Shown one piece after another: positions 37,546 to 64,000 of a stretch of 64,000 nucleotides of DNA (its first letter is position 1; every line of letters begins with the position of its first letter). Made by a program: the position numbers and the translations under genes. The notes under the pieces were generated by a model, which was not told the DNA's origin, did not search any database, and worked only from the letters and a program-made list of their open reading frames with translations. The DNA comes from Chrysomallon squamiferum (lineage: Eukaryota > Animalia > Mollusca), in the NCBI GenBank assembly GCA_012295275.1, contig CM022674.1:992001-1056000 (forward strand). The letters run 5' to 3'.

Positions 37546-38374
37546 TGCCGTTCGTTTTCTCCTTTTCTGTCGACCACGTCGCTGTCGACGTTACAACGTC
37601 AGCGCTGAACTCACTCGTGTGTTTAGTCACTGTGGGTCAGTGTCGTGTTTTTTAAATAGTTTTTTTGTTTGTTTTCAGAGTATGTATAGCTGCGGCGGTT
37701 AACGACGCACGTCGTCCCTTTGCGCATGCCTCGTCACGTGATCAGACATCATTTCCGGCACACACTATTGTCCTGTTTTGTCTTGTATAGATTAAGTTTG
37801 TTGAATTTCAATTTAACATCGCTGAAGTTTCTTTTAGACGTGAATGTGTCTGTCTCTGTTCTGTATGTCTTTCCCTGTGTCTGTGTGTCTGTGTGTACTT
37901 GTGTGTGTGTGTGTCTGTCTGTGTCTGTGTGTGTGCGTGTGTTTACCATATATATATCAGCAAAAGAGTGTTAACAAACATTATTGTAAAAACCGATAAG
38001 ACGACATTTCTCATATTTTATTTATTTTTGTCTTCAGAATTTAATCTTAATATGTATAATCTTACCTCACTGGTTACGTAGACACATGCAGTCACATAAT
38101 TCGATTTAATTGTGGATTAATTTTTAATAATCGGCATTTTCGTTCTCTAGTCTCTTTCTCTTTTCCTTAAAACTCATTAATAATATCCGGATTTAACTAA
38201 GGGAGATAACCCATTTGTTTTCCACTTTTACTGATGAAGCTGGTTTATTTATTTATGTTTGTGACGAAAGAATCGTTTAAAATTTCAGGTACTTATATTT
38301 TATTAATATTATCTAAAAAGAGACGAATAAAAAGAAAAATTTAAAACTAAAACGAGGCAGTTGCTTCGACCGAC

Positions 38375-42598
<4,224 letters not shown>

Positions 42599-42666
42599 AT
42601 TTTCATACTTGTGACCCGACACAGAAAAACAAGTAGCACGGTTTTCCTGATATTTTGTTTGTTTGT

Positions 42667-42713
<47 letters not shown>

Positions 42714-42894
42714 TTCATTTGGTTACTTATTTATACTTATTATATCATTTACTTATTATGTTTACACAAACACATACTGTTTAATATTTATTTATACATA
42801 TGTACACAGAAATGTACATCTATCTGTACATGTATACATACAAACAGATAAACACCAAATAGATGCTGTTGTTGTTGTTGTTGTTGTTGTTCTT

Positions 42895-42981
<87 letters not shown>

Positions 42982-43528
42982 ATGTTGTTGTTGTTGTTGT
43001 TAATTCTCATTTTCAAAGTGTGTACTTTATTTTATTTTGTACTGTTTCATATTATCTTCTGATAACAAAATAAACAGGAAAACCATATTTTAAAATTGTT
43101 CTTTGTTGTTGTCAGTGTTGTCACTGGGTTTTTTTTGGGGGGGTTTCGATGTATATAATTCTCCGTTCTGTTAATGTATATATATATATATATCGCCTAC
43201 TTGTTTACGTAGCAGTAATACAATACTGGCAATAAAAATTAAAAATGTAACCGATTCTCTTATCAGTTTATTTAATTATTTATTACCCTGTACGTAGCAG
43301 ACTGATTATGTCAGCTAACAAAATCTACGATGTTCACAGATATAAATTTATTTTTTCATTTACCTTCTCTTTAAATATTCATACATACATCTCGGCTGCT
43401 TGTTTGGGTAGCAGTAATACAATACAGGTAATAAAGATTAAAAATGTAACAAAATAATAAATATTTAGTTTAGTAAATTTTGTATTATTACAAAAGGAAA
43501 AAGAAACAAATTCTTCAATGAATTACAA

Positions 43529-57952
<14,424 letters not shown>

Positions 57953-58216
57953 CTTTTTTTCTTTCTTTCTTTTTCTCTTAAGTGAAGCTGAAGTTAAAAA
58001 GATGTTCAGTTATAACATCAGTGTTATAACTCGCGTATTTTGATGTCCGAGCAGGGTATAGGAAACAGTCAGAGTAAGCATGGCAGAAAAAAAAAAACAG
58101 AACAGAAAAACAGATACAAGTCGAGATTGGTGTTTATTTTCGTATGGCCTGCCTACGTTTTGTTCAAAGAATAGGGCGTAGTCTATAAATATTATAATTA
58201 TTAAATATATATATAT

Positions 58217-58382
<166 letters not shown>

Positions 58383-58680
58383 GTAATATATTTTACCTTT
58401 GTTATACTCTGCTGTAGATGTTCAGATGGTTACAACGTCGATTGCTATGAATACAGTAAAGCTCAAAGCAGTAATTCTATCCTATTCTGTCTCGGTTATA
58501 TGTATTTATAGTAAAAAAAAAATATATTAAAAGAAATAATTTTTAAAAATGAGAAACAATAAAATAAAATAAAATAAAACAAAAATAAAATAAAATAAAA
58601 TAAAATAAAATAAATAAATATATGAATTTTCTGTCTTTAATGATAACAATTATAATAAATAATAATAATAATAATAAAAA

Positions 58681-58719
<39 letters not shown>

Positions 58720-58727
58720 GTAATACG

Positions 58728-58766
<39 letters not shown>

Positions 58767-58822
58767 GCTACTATTATTAAATAAATACAAAATTAAACTA
58801 AATATATGCATACATACATACA

Positions 58823-58885
<63 letters not shown>

Positions 58886-59456
58886 CTGTGTGTGTGTCTG
58901 TCTGTATGTGAGTGTGTGTTTGCGTGTGTGTGTGTATATGTAAGAAAAGCCTGACTAATGTTATTTTGTTTTACGTATAAAACCACATAAGAAGCACCCA
59001 GTGAAAGAAATTACTGTACTGCGTAATTTTCTGTAAATTACTGTACATTTTCGGATCTTTTTCGGCAGTGTTACCACGCCATGTTACCAAGACATGTTTT
59101 TCTCTTTGTGTACGTTTCGGCTCTGTTACATACAACATCAATACATATATTTTCCCTGACGCTTATTGACCTCTTGCTGTAGTAGTTATCTTGCTCTGCT
59201 TTTTACTAATTTCAGGAGATGTCCACATTCCAACGACTCAAAATTAAAACAAAACTAGAAATTCAGAATTTGTGATGCCACTTATCAACGTTGACGAGAA
59301 AAAAAAAAAAAAAAAAAAAAGTGACAGAAATAAATAAATAAACATATAAAAGCAGATGTTGCTATTTAAAAGCATTTTCAGTGTCAGCAAAATCTGTGGG
59401 TCTTTTTAATCTTTTTTTTTTTCTGAGATCATAAATATATGTAAACATAAAAATCC

Positions 59457-60180
59457 TAGGACAATTGACCCCAGGACAACTGCCCCCCCCCGGGTCAGTT
59501 GCCCCCGGACAAGCGCCCCCTGGACAACTTTTATGTTCTCTTCTATTCCACTCAAACAGTCCAGGACGTGTCATTTTTTACGCCGTCTGATCAGTCTCAA
59601 CAAACGCAGTGAAGCTTCTTGGTATTTTCGACGAAGTGGTTGTTGTGCTACCCCCCGTCAATCATCTCGTTTATTTCCGGTTCATTCAGTGCTTGTTCAC
59701 GCTTTAACATGTCTACAAACTTCCAGAAATTCAGATGTTTGACTGGAAGTGACGGTGCCACCCTTCCACGATGTTCTTAGTCCACACCAAATTCTTTCCC
59801 ACTCGCTGGTGCTTGTTCTACATTCCAGCATTGTAACGTGGATCATGTCTGCGACCAGATCTGCCACAGTGACAATAGATGAAATTGTTGTCATCAAAGT
59901 ACTCCAGAATCTGTAAATACAGAGTCATGACCATCAGTTTCAGAAGCTGCCGTTACTTCATCCACTGGAACCAATGCAATTGCAGCTGTCTGACTAATCA
60001 GTAAATCAAACTCTTCATCAGTATTGTAACGAACTGCCAGACTAAAGAGTTGAATTTGGCTCAAAGGAAAGAAGCATCCAGTCACAGTACAGTTCAGCTG
60101 TACAGACGTGTAGCTTTCTTCATTCACACTCGTAAGAAATCTCTCCACTCTTGAGTTTCCTCTGTTGTACACGCACATAG
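59457..60180 (-). mobile_element. Decayed MULE (Mutator-like) transposase C-terminal half with a GGACAA..GCCCCC subterminal repeat end
   Basis: GCFFPLSQ (CxxH motif region), YNTDEEF..AAIALVP, WTKNIVEGWHRHFQS (RTNNxxEGWH) and FWKFVDMLKREQ, with stops and frameshifts. The GC-rich repeated end lies at 59457-59530. Confidence 0.75.
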
Positions 60181-60955
60181 TTTACGAAGGCAAGTTTTGA
60201 ATTTCATCTTATAGAATATAATATTTTTGCTACATAAAGTTTTGACTTTATATACTACTATTATTATTATTATTATTATTATTATTTTTTTTTTTTTTTT
60301 TAATTATTAATAACAATGGGAACAAATGGACTATACCACCGGGCCAAGAAAGACGTCCTGTACCACGTCTGGTTTTAACTTTTTGTATAGAACTAAATAA
60401 CACATTTGTTAACATGATATAATTTCATCCCTCTAAACAGTATATTATCTGCACTCGGCTTACCACATCGACAAAGAGTTCACAAAGAACAGCAGCAGGT
60501 CAAGCACTAACTGTGTATTTTTATAATTCCTTGTCATTTTAGAAAAAGTAGTGAACAAAATATTTGAACTATGCTAGAATAAGACAATCTCTGTAATCGA
60601 TCTGGACATAAAACAAATCTGATGTATGAGGAAGTCGAAACTGACAACCAGCACATATGAAAGGTATGTCAGATATTCAGATTTTGTTCAACCAAACGCA
60701 ATTCAGAATGGATGTTACTCAGAAACGTCGCCAAAATCGATCCGCCTTTCAAACGGACCGTAATAAATAATTAAATAAACTGATAAGAAAATCAGTTAAA
60801 TTTTTTATCTTTATTACCAATATTTTATTTCTGCTATCTAAATAAGAAGGCCAGACACATATATCAGGAGAGGAAAAAAAAGATAAAATAAGGGTAAAAA
60901 AAAAAAAAGGAACAATTTTAAATGTAACAAAGAAACCTTTATGGCGAGAAACAAG

Positions 60956-61313
60956 ATGAAGGCGTTCAAAATGAGTGGATCGTTTTCTTTCTTGTTTCTA
61001 CTGATAACAACATCCCTACTTGACAACATGATAACAGACGCTTCAGTTTCTGAAAACCGTGATTCCGTGAGTTCAAAAATGACCAAAAATAACAATTTAA
61101 GTGGAATCACGGTTTCTGAAAGATATTTGATATCTGACAACAAAGCTAGGAGTAAACTGATTTGTGCTTCGCAGTGTGACCTTGAACCCAGATGCAAGAC
61201 GTTCAGGTTTGAAAAGTCGTCTGCCAAATGTTTTCTTTACAGTGAAGCTGTCACGGGAGGCTGCTGCAATGCGCCAGTACTGAGTAACATTTCTAGTTAC
61301 TACACACATCAAG
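60956..61313 (+). pseudogene. PAN-propeller copy E: intact exon 1 only (orphan, or alternative first exon of copy F)
   Basis: Open frame (upstream in-frame ATG at 60941) and intact G|GTAAAT donor, with its own upstream module. No exon 2 occurs before copy F's upstream module. Confidence 0.6.
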
Positions 61314-61369
61314 GTAAATATCTGCCTATCTCTCTCTCTGTCTGTCTCTTTGTCTGTCTGTCTACCTAC

Positions 61370-61405
<36 letters not shown>

Positions 61406-62287
61406 TTTTCTATCTACCAACAGCAACATCAACAGTAACAACAACAACAACATCAATAACAAAAATAATAATAATAATAATAATAGTAATAATAATAGTA
61501 ATAACAACAACAACAACAACAATAATATTAATAATAATAATAATAACAATAACAACAACAACAACAACAACAATAATAATAATAATCATAATAATAATAA
61601 TAATAATGGTTTTAAGTAGGAACTAACTGACTATATCCACAGGCCAACAAAGACAATTCTCAACCAACACCTGCTTTAAATATCACGTTCACTCAACTGC
61701 CAACATCGACAAACAGTTCATAAACCACAGTAGCAGGTCTAAAACAGGAATTGTGTACTTTTATAAATTCCTTCTATTTTAGAATAAGTTGTGAACAAAG
61801 TATTTGAACTATGCTAGAAGAAGACGACAACTGTATTCGATTTGGATATAAAACAAGGATGATGTATGAGGAAGTCAAAACTGACAACCAGCAGATAGGA
61901 AACGTATGTCAGATATTCAGGAGCTCAGCATCCTAGATTCTGTTGGCTGGTAGATATAGGCTGCTACACACAACCTCGTTTTGTTCAGTAAAATGTAATT
62001 CAGAATGGATGGTACTCAGAATCTATCTTTGCTTAGTTGCTTATGAAATACTGCCCAGCATTTTCTACTTTAATTTCAGCAGAAACGTCGGCAGTTCTAA
62101 AACAATCGACCCGTCTTTGAAACAGACCGTAATACATAATTCAATAAACTGATAAGAAATTTTTTTACATTTTTAATCTTTATTACTAATATTTCATTGA
62201 AGCTACCTAAATACATAAGCCAGATACATACATAAGAAAAACAGAAGTTTTAAATGTAAGAAGCAGTCCTTTATCACGAGAGACAAA

Positions 62288-64000
<1,713 letters not shown>

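Noticed and set aside
59330-59455. ~110-bp similarity to 57475-57577
   Set aside because: Short AT-rich local duplication with no coding or structural signal.

Overview
AT-rich, microsatellite-dense eukaryotic (animal) genomic DNA with spliceosomal introns. Gene content and repeat style suggest a mollusc or other lophotrochozoan, which is an inference. Most long ORFs in the supplied track are microsatellite artefacts, so the genes below were rebuilt by hand from splice sites and exon phases. Contents in order: (1) the 3' part of a Sushi/CCP + galectin-like gene (333-3094,+); (2) two tandem 5-exon sigma-class GST genes (5263-10930, 17138-22901,+) inside an ~11-kb segmental duplication; (3) an expanding family of 6-exon genes for a secreted protein made of signal peptide, PAN/apple domain and YWTD-like beta-propeller (~385 aa), present as intact, damaged and fragmentary copies on both strands; (4) a 17-exon gene for a secreted protein with 8 SRCR domains (57952-43529,-); (5) relics of Tc1, MULE and Ginger-like transposases, a pogo/Tigger-like MITE and a short retro-insertion with a 13-bp TSD. 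The main signal is that the PAN-propeller paralogs keep a near-invariant PAN domain joined to strongly diverged, mosaic propeller exons, a constant+variable design inside a putative defence cluster. A second signal is that three tandem repeats are built from splice junctions.
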